Shown: positions 23,802-36,867 of the stretch, in pieces
Layout of the letters: each line of letters starts with the position of its first letter
Numbering within the stretch: position 1 is the stretch's first letter
Source: Vezdaea acicularis
Taxonomy: Eukaryota
Assembly: GCA_026025075.1 (NCBI GenBank)
Contig: JAPEUI010000093.1
Coordinates: 1 to 64,000, forward strand
DNA: 64,000 nt
Direction: 5' to 3'
The notes under the pieces: generated by a model
Seen by the model: the letters and a program-made list of their open reading frames with translations, nothing else
Databases searched by the model: none
What the model was told of the DNA's origin: nothing
Position numbers and translations under genes: made by a program

Positions 23802-26800
23802 TCACCTGTCCTCACCGCCTCTGGCCTTACCTCTTCGTCTGAAGAAGTCCATGACCTTCCTCGCGGCTCCTGAACTACCGCTACTCTGGCCCCCAGTTGC
23901 GTAACCACTCTGCGGTTCATCGTACGCATCGGTGAATTTTCTGTGATTCTTGTGTAATACGTTGGCTCCTTGTACCCTAGCAGGTGGGAGATCATCGAAA
24001 CTATTGAAACCGGCAGGATACTGTGCACCTTGACCGTGATTTAGGCTTGCATCTGAATCAACGGGTTTGTTATATTGGCGGTTCTGGCCAGCGCTAGCCC
24101 CCCTCTGCCCGCCATTGTACTGTTGGTTATTGTAGCGTTGGAAACGTTCCTGGGGTACAGGTGGGAGCTCGCCGCGATTTTGACCGTTTTGGACAGGCGT
24201 GCCTCGACTGTCGTAGCCACCTTGGTCGTAGTTGCCATCATAGCCATCATCTGGCCCAAACTGCTCACTTCTTCCGGTAGCACCACTTGTTGAGCGCGAT
24301 TGTCCGCGTCCGTAAGCCGTATAAGGCGGCTCGAGGTTATCTGAATCGGCCATATGACTGCCACCAGTAGAGTAGGATGTGCCAGGCAGCGCTCCGTCTT
24401 TATTCCCACTTGAGCCGAAGTTCTTGAGAGAGAAGGATGGGGGGAGAAGTGAAAAGCGTCGGGGTTTTTCGGATCCGATATTACTATTCTTGCGTCTCCC
24501 AAATTGAAGCGAGGATCTGCGGGAATCTGTTGACGTGCGAGGACCAGAGGTACTTATAGGTCCCGCCATGCTTGTTGGAGGGTATGATTTTTCCTTTTGT
24601 GCTGGATAGTCGCCCTTTTCTTGGGCGTTTGACTTGCCACCAAGAGGTCGACCAAATAGCTTCTCCGAGATACCCGACATCGTACTCGACCTTTTATGGC
24701 CACGTCCAGATTGCCCAGTCTGCACTTGAGAAATAGGTCGAGTGGTGTTGGCATAAGTTGGAGGTATATCGTTTGAACTGGGCCGACCCATTGCACTCTG
24801 CTCCAGGACACTAGGCGGTTGAGGTATTGGATTGGAGATGACATATGACTTGCCCCCTTTTGGTTGAGCTAACCGGCCTTGAGCATTCGTGGTAGCAACA
24901 GCAGGAGCCGAAGGTTGGCCTGGGCGCGAGTATGAACCACGAGATACCGGAGGCCGTGTCTTGCTTCCGTTCGAGGCCATAGAACCCCCCGTAGCAGGTC
25001 TGACGGATGAAGCTGTTTGAAAAGCTCCAGCGGATTCGGAGACTGAGCGAGGCGGATCCCTACTAGGCCGAGTCGATGGGTTAACCCCAGCCTGTGAAGT
25101 AATCGGACGCTGTGAGCGAACTTGACTACTTGAGCTTTGGTAAGGCTGCTTCGATCTGGACTCTCGGGAGATAGGGGGATCTTGGGGGAGTGGTTTTGAC
25201 GTAGAGACACCTCGGCTTCCAGGAGCAGCTGATGAGACATCCGTGAGACCATAGCTCTCGGTTCTTGGCTGTGCTCTTGGGGTACTAGACGTGTCCACTG
25301 GCGACGATGGATCTCCCCTTGTTGTTTGAGATTGGGGTGCCACATATTCGACTTGTACGGTGCGTCTCTTCGCGTCCCTTGGAGTTCTCGACTCGGACGG
25401 TTGGGGCTCCAGATCTATCTGTCCATGTTTTTGGCTCAAGCCGCCCAAGGAGGCGAGAGGAGGCTGATGAGACTTGGATGGCTCCCGGACCGAGGCGCTC
25501 CTTGCAAGGAGTGGAGCTTCTAGACGGTCATCTACACAGGTCAGAAAAAAACCCCAGGCAACCAATTTGCAACTCTGAGCGGGACCAAGCCACTCTTGAG
25601 ATTGCGAATGAAAATAAAAAGATGTACGGAGAGCACATACCGTTTGTTACTGTTGTGTTGGCAATATCACCTGAAGTTGTCGTTGTACTTGTGATGAACG
25701 AAACAACATGAGCATAGTCGCTCAGCCAACTATGCCGAGCCACTTCAAACAAATCAGCTCGTTTGCGAGGATCTGGTACGAGTATTCGTCTTAGAAGATC
25801 TCTGGCGTGAGGTGTGACGTATTCTGGGAAGGTGAGAGGTGTGGATACAATGTACTTGTAAAGTAGATTGATGTTATCTCCTTCGGGATTTGCTGGGTCA
25901 TCGTCAAATGGAAGGTAACCTGCAAGCATAGCGTACTTCACCTCATATTAGTAGTCGGCCAAGGTATGTGAGAAGATACGCGTACCAAAATAACGCCACA
26001 ACTCCAGACGTCCACCTTGCGACCCGTGTATAACGAGTCACTAACAACAAGTTCGGGAGCTGCATAGCAAGGACTTCCACAGCTTGTCTGCATTAGGTCT
26101 CCACGTCTATGACCCGAATCCAGTACTCGGTCTAGATCCTTTCTTTTAACATACTCTCGGTTGGAGAGGTTCTTCTCTACGTCCTCGCCAAGCTCATCAT
26201 TCGGATCGAACGTGTTAGCAAAACCAAAGTCCGTAATAATGATGTTTCGACTTCGATCAAGTAGTAGATTCTCGAGCTTCAAGTCGCGATGAACGATGCC
26301 CTTCTTATGGAGGTATCCAACGCCGGACACTAATTGGGCAAATAGCCTCCTAGCTGAGCCATCTTTTAGATAGCGGTGATTGAGGATGAAGTCGAAAAGT
26401 TCACCACCCGAGGCGTATTCCAGGATAATCCCAATATGTCTGTCCGTCTCCACCATTTCATGCAGCCTGACAATATTTGGGTGCGAAAGTCCTCGAAGAA
26501 TAGCAATCTCGCGATATATTTTTGGAAGTCTGCTTGGATTGGTACCTAGACTTTCTTTTCGAATAAGCTTGATAGCCACCTGCAGGATCACATCAGTATT
26601 GCTCCAAGGCGTAGGACAAATTCAACTGACCTGGACACCACCTTCCTTTTTCCACCCCATTTTCACTTTTCCGAACTCTCCTTCGCCCAAGGTTTGGCCA
26701 AGGATATATTCGCCGAATTTAGTGTCTTTCCGTCGAGTAGCACTTGCAGAGTGATCCTGGCGAGTCCTATTGCCACCTCGGCCTCCGTCGTCTACGCCTT

Positions 26801-27710
26801 CGCTGCCTACAAGTCCCAACCCAGTCACCTTTGTAACGTCCGTGCCTGCAGGAAGTGGTTGAGACTCTGCTTGTCGCGCTCTTTCCCGATCTAAATCTAC
26901 CGCGGGATCTGTGACCACTATTCGATTGATGATTGTGCTACCTTCTCTTGGAATGGCACCATTACTCGAGCTCGACACCCCAATTGATCCACTGGATGGA
27001 CTTTGCACGCCAGCAGCGGCTTGGCGTGATCGATTTTCTCGTGTACTAGAAGAGCGTTGTGGTGTCTCTTCGCGCGGAGATTGAGGTGTTCGCCGACGGG
27101 AGCGAGCAGCAGTATCATCTTGGGTATAATCGCGATCCTGGTTTATGGGGCGCCTTCGTTCCCTTCCGTAGTCTTGATTCTCATTTCCACTGGTTGGTGA
27201 CGCATATAACGGCTCGTCATCGGTAGTTCTGGTCGAGGCTCGCGTCGCTGTATTCTCTGCTGATGAAGATGTACCTGAATGATCCATGTGTTGGTTTGAA
27301 GATGTGCGAGGGGGAGGAATAGGTGGTCTTCCTCGTTGATCATATTGATCGTTGTATGCAGAAGCAGTCGCAGCTGCGTTAGCAATTGGTGAAGCATTGG
27401 TCGAAGCGGGAACTGGCTGGCCACGTGGCGTTGTCATGTTTGAACCTCCTGTATTGTTGGATCGAGGGGATGCATGAGATTGTTGACGAGGAGTATTGGG
27501 TGAAGCGGGAGAAGTTTCGTTGCCGCCGGGTCGGCGCGGGGCTTTTCGTGTTGAAGACGGAGAAGCTGGGGCACTACTCCCTGCCTGCCGGCCATAGTAC
27601 TGATCATTTGACGACGATTGCTGTGTATATTGTCGTCCCCCACCTGGCGAGGACGATGCTGGGTGCGAGCTCAAGGAGGAACCCTGTGTTTGACGAGGTG
27701 CTGTTTGCAT
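23802..27710 (-). CDS. KIN4: Ser/Thr protein kinase, CAMKL family, Kin4/Ppk1/KfsA-like
   Basis: GQTLGEGEFGKVK, VAIKLI, HRDLKLEN, DFG, MQTSCGSPCYAAPE, YLPFDDDPANPEGDNINLLYKYI, C-terminal ARKVMDFFRRR; three introns; start either ATG 27710 or in-frame ATG 27899. Confidence 0.9.
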
Positions 27711-30575
27711 TGTTGCAGAGGACGCAAGGGCTCCTGATGGCGCGGTAGAGGTCAACGCTTCTGGCTGACGCGTGCTACCTCGACCTTCTTCCAACGTGAG
27801 AGTAAGAAAGCCTTCGTGCAACTCTCCTGGCGGGTTTCCTCGACGTTGTTCCTGATAATGAAGATCTGAACGAATTATCTCAGGACCGACCACCGACATT
27901 AGGATTAGAGTCTTCACTGGCTCAAGGTATTCCTGGGGTCCGCAACATCCAGAAGTACGAGCGCCAGATTCCTTGGAAGACCAGCAAATGGGATGCGTTG
28001 TCTAAGACGAGGAAATCAGGAGGAAGGAGCCGGAGAGCAAAGTCGAGCGAGGCGTAGAAAGGAAGCGCCGAAGAGCAGCTCGAGCAAACGCACCTCAAGG
28101 GATACAATCTGCTGAAGTCAAGAAGCCTTCAGTCGTGACGATACTCGAGGTCGTCAAGCTCGCGTTGGCTGGTAGGGAGGCTTCTCGTTTTTTCGGATCC
28201 GCTTCCAAATTTCGCGTAGCGTATTTTTGTTGACAGCGATCTGCGCGAAGGCGTCCTAGAGTTCCAACGCCTGTGTTGCCGACGATAGTCACAACAAGTG
28301 CCCCGAGAGCCTAGAAATTGGCCGCAGAGGACACGTGAAAAGGGAAGAAGAGCAAGAGGAGATGTTGGAGGAGGAGACGTAACGAGGATGGGTTGACGAC
28401 GGCAAGCTCTCGTCTTGGCGCAGAGAGACGAGGCTCACTCCTGAAACGAAGGGCGAGCTAGCCAGTCTGTTCTACAGGCTAGGATGAGAGGCAGCAAACG
28501 AAGGACGAAACCGCGAATGACCGCTCGGACAACCTTACCTGAGTGTTACTGAGCAAACGAGAGAGCGTGTGGCGTCGATGCGTGTCGCATTTCGCATTAA
28601 GCCGAAGAGACCGTGGAGATGCGTTTTCGCAGTGTTGACAAGAGGATGAGACCTGTTGTCCTGCCGTGGTTACGCCGCGACTACCATCACTTTGATCTAC
28701 GGCCGGAAGACCAAGGAAATGCTCTCAATTGTGCATATCTACAGGTGCAGAAAGAACCATCGACAAAATAGATCTCGGAGGAGGAGCAGCGAGTCCCTCG
28801 TCACTTCAAGTATACCATTATTGTCCTGAACTTCCGCTCAAATAACAAGCACAAGGGTAATTGGCATAGCGACATCGTGGCGTGGATCCTGCGACAAATC
28901 AGATGCGTGTCCTCTAGAGCATACTAAATGTCAAATGATGCACTTCATCTCGAAACAAATCATGAAAATCCCAACCAATGTAACCACAACGGTCTAGCTG
29001 AGCGCAGCGGATACCTTTCTGTTGTCGCTTGCTGAGTTGTTGACGATCCTCCCGTGAATTAGGGAAGAGCTCTGACCACATGGCTTTGACCTCATCGTTT
29101 TGCTTGAGGCTATCCAGAGACCAATCTCAGGCTCCTATTGGTCATTCCAGTCGCCGCTCAGCGCAGTGTTCTATCTAAGGCCGTGAATGGGAGCGCGACG
29201 CTCACCAGTCGCTCGCCTGATCCTCCTTCACCTTCTTCCTTTCTATCTCTCCAATCTTTTGCCCAGCGCGGTTGTCACCGCAATTTCCTTTTTCCCCTAG
29301 CCCTTACTGTTACAGCTGACTGCATCTTCCGTGCAGGCCCCACTAGACCTGATCCAGTATAAGTGCAGCTTGAATACCGAGTCGCGGAGATCTACCCCAT
29401 ATCAGCGCCTTCTCGAACGCCTTTTCGCGCGCATCAGCAAGAGATAGGGGAACAAAGCGACTGGTTCTATCGGCGCCGGACATCCCGTGACTTACGTTGA
29501 GCCATGCAAAATGCGCGCACATGCAAATCTAGGCAGGGACCGAGTGGGCTAGCCCCAATCCGCTCGACTCTGACGGCAGGCTGTGAGGCTATCCCGGAGT
29601 CAGCATTACCAGAAGCCGTTGATAGAGTTCCGGGAAAGGTTCTGAATGTTTCCGTCCACAGCCCTTGTGAATTCGAGAATCGTCAGGGAAGGGCCGTGGA
29701 AGGGCTTCAAGCTTCTAGAGAACCCGGCAAATCGGCGCCTTGCAGATGAAACGCCCCATCCCGCTAACTTTGAGTGGCACTAGCGTTTGGCAATCCTTGC
29801 AACGGAGCAGAGACGAGGGAGTGACGTTTAAACTAGATGGCCGCCACCCCTCCTCCACGCATCCTGCGAGTCGAAGCGTATGCAGAAGGGAAACTAGCAT
29901 ATGGGAACATCTTTCGAAGTCTCCTTGCATCGATCAGGGTCTTATCGGAAACACTATGCTCCTTCAACGGGATGCGCAGTCTTCAGAAAGTTTCTACCCT
30001 GATCCCTTAAGTGCATCATGTCAGCAACGAAGATTCAGCAAGATTGACAAGAAACGTAACACGAAGTCCATAGTCAAGGAGACTCTGTACCCTGCGTCCC
30101 GCTATCCGAGGCCAGATACCGCTCTCATATCCCAGATCCTAGGGATTTTACCAATGCGAAGCTAAGGGTGCGCCTCTGCAAAAATTATCACAGCTCCCAA
30201 GCGCCCTGAAGGATTCACGGCCCGATCTCAGTTTGCAACATAGGTCTGAGGGCATTTCCCCAGGTTCACTGGTTACCAGACGAGGCCCTTCCACACGTGC
30301 CCGCATATGGGACAACTCTCACGCTCCGGCTAAGTCTAGAAGGTTTTGGATCTGATGTCCTCTACGATCGTTGCATGGTCTTTTCAGCTCTCAATTGCGG
30401 AGAAAAAGCGCATCAGTTTTTGTGTCCAGATGGTGGTCATAGCTGCTCCGAATTTTCCGCATGAGTCGATATCGCTTTCTGTTCTTAACTTCTTGTCCTT
30501 GAGTGATGCACAAATTTCAATAAATACTTCTAATCGTGATGTGATATTTCACGAATGCACCAGCTAGCTGGCACA

Positions 30576-31244
30576 ATGCGTTTACTTCTCTGCAGTTCAC
30601 TACATCGTATCATAATCGTTCTTCTATTTTCCAACATTGCTACGGCGACCAATCCCTCCATTTACCAGGAGAACGACCCAACCCTGTTTTATTACCAGTA
30701 TCACAGCCTCCCTGTCTTCTCAAATTACATCGAATGTAACATTGACAATGACTTGCCACCAGCTCAAAACTTTCCGCCTGACCGCTCAGTTGATATGTAC
30801 GTCAACGCTTACACCTTATGCGCCGCAAGTAACGCTATTTTCAATATCGGGCTGGGCTGCGCCTCATTGGGTGGAACAGCCGTGCTATGGGTTGACCATC
30901 TAGACACTGCCTATCGGGGGCAATACCTATCCACCTTTGAGACGTACTGTCGATCTGTTTGTCGCTGTCGGGATGGGGCAATCGAGCATGAGCGCTACCG
31001 TCATCGGCTTGGGAAACCTTCAAACTCCCTCGATTATCTTCGTCACACCAATGCCCTTAACGGTGCCGATCGGCAGCCTATGTATCAGAGTCAGTGTAGG
31101 CCCAGTAGGTGTTTGAACAATATTAGATGGACGGGTAGGTGGCTTGGATCGGACTCTACGGTACGAAATAGTTGGGGGAAGCCCAGGCGTGCAAGACAGA
31201 GAAGAAAGAGGAGTCTATTACTAGACCTGGCCGCCCGAAAATAG
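30576..31244 (+). CDS. Small secreted Cys-rich protein (effector-like)
   Basis: Signal peptide MRLLLCSSLHRIIIVLLFSNIATA; Cys pattern IEC..DLPP...Y..AYTLC...LGC...YCRSVCRC; 3' end uncertain. Confidence 0.7.
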   Translation: MRLLLCSSLHRIIIVLLFSNIATATNPSIYQENDPTLFYYQYHSLPVFSNYIECNIDNDLPPAQNFPPDRSVDMYVNAYTLCAASNAIFNIGLGCASLGGTAVLWVDHLDTAYRGQYLSTFETYCRSVCRCRDGAIEHERYRHRLGKPSNSLDYLRHTNALNGADRQPMYQSQCRPSRCLNNIRWTGRWLGSDSTVRNSWGKPRRARQRRKRSLLLDLAARK

Positions 31245-32430
31245 TTCTATCGAGGGCTAAATGAAGTTTTGCAAGCCACGTCGCTTCTGAGTAATTGGGT
31301 TCAAAAGGCATTGCGAAGCGGAAAGATATGACGAAGCACGATTGGAGCAGTTCCTGCATTGTACGGTCTGGCAGGAGTCCGGGTTGGTTCTAGACAAAAC
31401 GTTAGATCATAATGATCAAAGAAAAGTATTCGACGCCCAACTCTCACACGTGCTAATCGAGATGGAACTTGTATATGCTTTTAAGAGCTCCCTGCCTAAC
31501 CATTCAGCCGACAGATCCAATTTGCAGAAGATGGCAAGAAGCCTCAGAAAGCAACAGCAATCCCCCCGGTTGCTTACTCCATCCTTACTATCGGGTAATC
31601 CGCCTCTGTAGGTTGTGGGATCTTACAGCATTGGCTGAAGACGCTGCCTTCGTAGGGAGAAGTGTTTGCACCGGCCTTCAGATAAAGTAATACTCCTGTG
31701 TCATACTTTAATGAGACAAGTCTAAGTTATATTGCAGATATGCGAACCTCGATGTATTTTAGTTACAGCAGGGTCAGCGGATGGTTGCTACACTTGATTG
31801 GAGACGGCCTGGCAATCCCCTCAAAGGCATTCCAAACTCAACCAAGGTCCAAACTAAACAAATAGCCTATCGACCAACATCATCAAAAAATCACGAGAGG
31901 TTTTTTCGACAAGATTGTTCACTACCCTGCTCCCAGGCAACTGTCATCTCTCTCATTGACGTACAGCCAATCTATAAGAACGCCTTGTCCGATATATTCT
32001 CACCTCTCCATGTCACTGGAGAGATCAGCATGTATGACAACCTTAAATCCGACTTGAGACAAATGACTCCCCACGGTCTCACTAAGCGATACCCTTGGGA
32101 GTCAAAATGATGCGTATTTGATCGGATGTAAAATCATCGATACTGCACAGCCCTCAGACGGAGCAACTCAATAATATGGATCTTCGTATTGAAATGGCTA
32201 AATACGGTCTGGCACTGGTCATCTGGCCCCAAAATGGCGCAATACGCCTTGCTCGTAAGTCTACACAATTCTTCAAGGAAACAGGTAAGACAAATTCATG
32301 GTCCGTGCTGCTGGGCAAATCGTCAAGCCTTTGAGCGAGCTACCAAGCTTTCCGTTAGTCCTCCCCTTCGAATGTCCCTAGTGGTCAATTATTTGAGGCT
32401 CTTTCTTTAGTGCTTGCACTACCCCACAAG

Positions 32431-32456
32431 TATAGCACTTGACTATAGCACTTGAC
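32431..32456. repeat. 13-bp direct tandem duplication TATAGCACTTGAC x2
   Basis: Seen directly. Confidence 0.8.
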
Positions 32457-32942
32457 TGAGCTTTCATTTCTTCGAGAAGTGGTATTTTGAACCCATTGAC
32501 CAAAAGCTACATTAGCTTATCAATTTTCATTATATTCTTTCCTAGGGGTGCGACCAAGAATCTACCAAGCCACAGTATCGTATCTTCCACACTGTTCCTT
32601 CGGGAATCATTGAGAAACTCTGCCTCCTGCTGTGCTCATGTCCCCCTTGCTACGCATTAAGGTTTCGTCAGCCCTCGTTCAATGTCAAAAGATCTCAGTG
32701 GCAGTGAGATATCTCTCGAGCCTCAGGAACCGATACCCGCCGGGCTGAAGGATCTTACAGGCAGTCAGATGCGTTGTGATGATATTGTGTCGTTGGGACT
32801 GTTGCCTGATCAAAGCAAATACCAACTATTGTCTGAGACAACAAGATACAAGTTTCAGCCGTCTCTCTTCACCTCGCTCGGGCACTTCTTTGCACGCGTG
32901 AAGCTTGAGGCGCAACGAAGTTATTAGAGTGTTCCAGAAGGT

Positions 32943-32950
32943 TATATAAA
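32943..32950 (+). promoter_or_regulatory. TATA box (TATATAAA) upstream of the 33109 gene
   Basis: Consensus TATAWAWR ~165 nt before the ATG, followed by a C/A-rich leader. Confidence 0.55.
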
Positions 32951-33108
32951 GGGCGCTGAGAACTCCTTCCTGACAGGTCTCTATCAAGTCATCCACATCA
33001 TACCAACCAAAAACATCAACGCTAGCCATATAATTTCCATCCTAGTTCCGTCATATCTCCAACCCCTAACATACTCTTTCACTTTCCAACAACTTCCAGA
33101 CCGTCAGA

Positions 33109-33585
33109 ATGGCAAGTCCTTCGCTCCCACCCCCCACAACTCTATAAACTAACATACCCAAGGCCTTTCTCCTCCCTCTAGTCGAAGGACTCCTCCCCCA
33201 ACTCGGCAAATTGGCCTTCGACAAGCTCCTTCCCGCCGCCCTCAAGAACGCCACCCATCTAGATGAAGGCACCTTCCAAAACATTATCAAAGGCGTCTTC
33301 GAGATCTACAAGCAGGGCCTGCAGACCTTCTCGGCCGAGTACCAGAAGCTCGAGGCCGAGCACAAGAAAGATCCCAACAACAAGGAGGTCGAGCTCAAGC
33401 TGAAGGCCTTCGAGATCGTCAATCACGCCCATGATATGGTCCATGGCAAGCTGCATGGCGGGCCGAAGGAGGACGAAAAGGCCAAGGTCGACCTGCACAA
33501 GGTGGCTGCGGAGGCTCATGCCCATGCCGCCACTGCTCATGCGCAAGCTGCTACGGCCCAGGCACCGGTCCATGCAGCTGCCTAG
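33109..33585 (+). CDS. Small (141 aa) helical protein with amphipathic N-terminus and His/Ala-rich C-terminus; function unknown
   Basis: ATG 33109 then a GC-AG intron 33112-33162 (GCAAGT...CTAAC...AAG) giving MAFLLPLVEGLLPQLGKLAFDKLLPAALKN; strong C/G-ending codon bias; without splicing the ATG frame stops at TAA inside the intron. Confidence 0.8.
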
Positions 33586-33872
33586 GAGGCCGGCGCGGGA
33601 TGTTCATGCCAGCACATAAGCGCTAGAACACGGCCTTGAAACGTGGGACGGTCAAAGGGCGCTCTAGTTGCTGTGGCATAGGACAAGGAGTCAAGGTTTA
33701 GTGCAGGATATTCGTCGGTTACTTTGAAGGAGGAATCTAGGTCTGCCATCGTTAGATAGAGTTTGAGAGCACATTCGTAGATCTAAAAACTACTACATTG
33801 CCCCTCCACTCTCTCGAATTACAACCGTTACTGTGCTTCCGTAAGCTTTATTGAGTGTCCCACAATTACCGC

Positions 33873-34099
33873 AGGCCCAAACAAGTACAGAGTCCTTTGT
33901 AGGCGCGCCCTCCTGATCTGCGACGACGCCAAGTACCACCACCCCTTTCCTCCAGCGACGCCGGATCATCGACGAGTTCATCCGCTATGTTACATGGGAC
34001 GCCAATGTTGTCAAGCATATGGAAGAAAACGGCAAAGCAATGTTGATCACGCACGAAACCCAAGGAACTAGACTCGTTCAAGGATTAGAGCGTCACTAG
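33873..34099 (+). pseudogene. Possible frameshifted gene fragment
   Basis: KYRVLCRRALLICDDAKYHHPF and FLQRRRIIDEFIRYVTWDANVVKHMEENGKAMLITHE lie in adjacent frames joined at a C/T run near 33940-33950; no family recognised. Confidence 0.25.
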
Positions 34100-34171
34100 C
34101 AAATGGGGCATTAGGGGCGTTCCGCCAGAGACACACGCCATCAGAGGCAGGTGCTGGCTTAGCGTCGGGTA

Positions 34172-34519
34172 CTACGGATTTCTGGCCGGTAAGGTTCCGG
34201 GAATGATGAATTTGTTGGTGGCATCTAGGATCTGGTTTTGTGCAGGGGAAGGCGGTGTTGGCGAAACCGCCGAGGGGGTGGATATTAACGAGGCCTCACG
34301 TCTCGTTCCGAAGTCTGCTTCAGCAACAGCAGGAGACATATCTAGAGGCATCAAATCAGGCTTGCGAAACCGTTTTGGTTAGGAACTCAATGCTGGATAT
34401 CTCGGCGGTCGTGCTCAGCAGAAGGAATAAGTATAAGTCACCACTGAAGCCAAATGCATACTCACATAGGCTGGGCTTGACGGAATCATTAACAACTTTG
34501 TTCTGAACAATGAGTGCAT
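34172..34519 (-). CDS. Possible small hypothetical protein
   Basis: Canonical-looking intron ~34361-34465 (GTGAGT...CTAAC...AAG) joins MHSLFRTKLLMIPSSPAY in frame to ORF 34172-34354; no motif recognised. Confidence 0.3.
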
Positions 34520-35078
34520 GGCTTGCTCCTTCTTCTTGGATATCTTGGATGCCTTGGGTACGAAAGTATGTTGCGTTGGGAGTTCTCTAATACCAATTCG
34601 AGGGGTTAGACAGTGATCTAAGAGCGTAGATGGTGAAATCGAGTTGCATTTTCAAACAAGACGGCGTGATTTGTGCCCAGTGAGGTGAAGGACGAAGAGT
34701 TATGCGGGCTGCGGATAATATTTGTACAGAGGTGAACTTCAATCGTTAACATCCACGCCTTGGTGATCTAGTAAGCTTGCAAGATGATTGTGGCTCAAGC
34801 TGGCCCTTACAAAGCTTCCCCTAGCTAACAGATCCGAAGCCAGTATGTGCCGGTAGTGGTCGATCAAACCTAGCTTCGGGTCTCTGACCTTGGCTAGAGC
34901 TTTTAACGAGCCGAACAACAAAGCTTAGCTTTCGGTCCCTCGCCGGATGTGCGTATCATTACCGAAGATACTAAGGTGCCGTTACCTTGACCATGCTGAG
35001 CTAAATAGTGCACGGGATGCCTTCTTTGTAAGCCGAGCTATTTTATGTACGTAATATTTGATGCCATGCTGTTCGCTC

Positions 35079-36621
35079 TCAGAAACCTAAGATATCGTTG
35101 GCTTTTCGAAGAACCTCTTTCTGCCCTAGAGAATTCCCAGCCTTATGATTGTCCCACTTGGCCATTCCCATAGCTCGCATTCCCTCGGTTTGAGCGACCT
35201 CGGCCAAGTGACCTGTTGTGGAGCGCCCAATATGCTCCGATTCCCCCTTGCCGCCAGGAAAGTCCGGACCTGGGTTTCCATGTAGGAAGGCTTCTCGCTG
35301 CCGCACAAGATACTGCGCATTAGACTCGGTGAGTGGGCAGGTTGGTATATAAAGCACGCTTGCATCCGATTTGCCTTTGTGGACTTTGTCTACAGCATGA
35401 ATTGCTCAGGTAACATTAGAAATTCTCCTATCAACATGCGAGATGGTACTTACTATCACAGTGCCAGGCTACGTAATCCCCTGGTCTTACCGTCGGTATA
35501 TGTACCATGGTGCGGTCCAGATCAAGATGGGGGTGTAGCGCCGTGTTAAGCTCTTGACAATGAGAAGGCGTAGCTCCATGAAGCGCAGTCGTTGGCTCAA
35601 CGTCGAGCTGCCAATTATCCACGCTCAAGAAACGGGCGCTATCTGGCCCATGTTTCTCCGAAAAGAATGGCCTCAGAAGGTAATACGCTGTTGCTCTTGA
35701 CAGGAGTGGATTAACGAGAAGTGTGCCTTCGTTGGGTCCCGTAGTCGACATGGAGAGCCACCCTTGAAACATCCTAAACATCGAGCATGCGCCCGCCCCG
35801 TTGTACAGGTCGGACTTTACTAGAAGGCGACAGCAGGCTTCCCATGGATCATAGTCTTCCCATTTGCCTTCCCAGATCCTTTCGTAGACCTGTCCAAGTC
35901 CGTACCCTCCTTCTTCCCATCTTTCAACTCCTCCACCATCTACATGCGGGCCTAGTGCGAAGCCCGAATCACCTGGGTTCCTTATACGAACACGATCTGC
36001 GTAAGTTGTGGGATGAGCCGTGGATAAAGGGGCAGACGGATCCGCTGCATGCCAGAAGCTCATAAGGAACTTTTGCGCGGCCAAAAGGTTTGGATGGGAG
36101 CGTGCGCGAATCTGAGACGGAGACCAATACAGTTCATACACTTGAGGATCGTTGGATGGAAAAGCTTTGGTGTGCGGGTTGCTACGGACATATTGTCTAA
36201 TGTCTTCCTTCAGTCTCAATGCTTCAGCTTCTGGGACCACCCCGCGGATCAAACCAACTCCCCGTTTCTTGAACTCCTTTTCAAATTCCGCCGAACAATC
36301 TTTGATATTTCTGTAGTCTATTTGTGGCACAACCTTGGGACCCAGCTCCGCGATGACTTTCACTTCCTCTTGAAGGTCAACGAGCAATCTCTCCCAACTG
36401 GCACGCAATTGGTCCTCGTGGCCTTGAATAAGTCTTTTTTTGACATATGCAAAGCGCTGCGGCAAAGGCTTAGTATCATGGCCGGAAAGAGATACGAATA
36501 CAGAGGAGATATCGCCCTCAGGTTTCGCTGTAACTGCTGTTGAGATTGCACTTCTCACAATCAGAGCAGTGCACGCTAGCGGCAGGACTCGTCTGTTAGG
36601 AGTTCTAATTAGACTGAGCAT
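35079..36621 (-). CDS. DUF1479 / Gig2-like (YbiU-like) putative 2-oxoglutarate-Fe(II) oxygenase-fold protein, possible mitochondrial presequence
   Basis: KPEGDISSVFVSLSG, VYELYWSPSQIRAR, LGPHVDGGGVERWE, FRMFQGWLSMS, PGDYVAWHCD(T)IHAVD; one intron 35405-35453. Confidence 0.88.
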
Positions 36622-36867
36622 GATGGATGAGGTAAGATATACGAAGATCACGTCTGACAACACAACATCGTAGAATCGTGAGAGAGAGAGTGTGTGTGCG
36701 TCACTATATGTCAAATAGACCCCGCACTCTTGCAGAGTCGTGGATATGCGTCCTGCTTGGCGGGGTAAAGTTGATTAAAAGTCACTTCCGAAGATCAGCC
36801 GTGCCGGCGAAACTTCGGCTCTGCTAGCCCGCTTCTGACAATACAAAATACTAAGTCAGATCAAGAG

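Noticed and set aside
28700..30500. Short ORFs in the long intergenic region
   Set aside because: No motifs, codon bias or consistent splice signals
33793..33981. WACGNCGTLN resembling a RanBP2-type zinc finger
   Set aside because: Second Cys pair is missing and the opposite strand looks more coding-like
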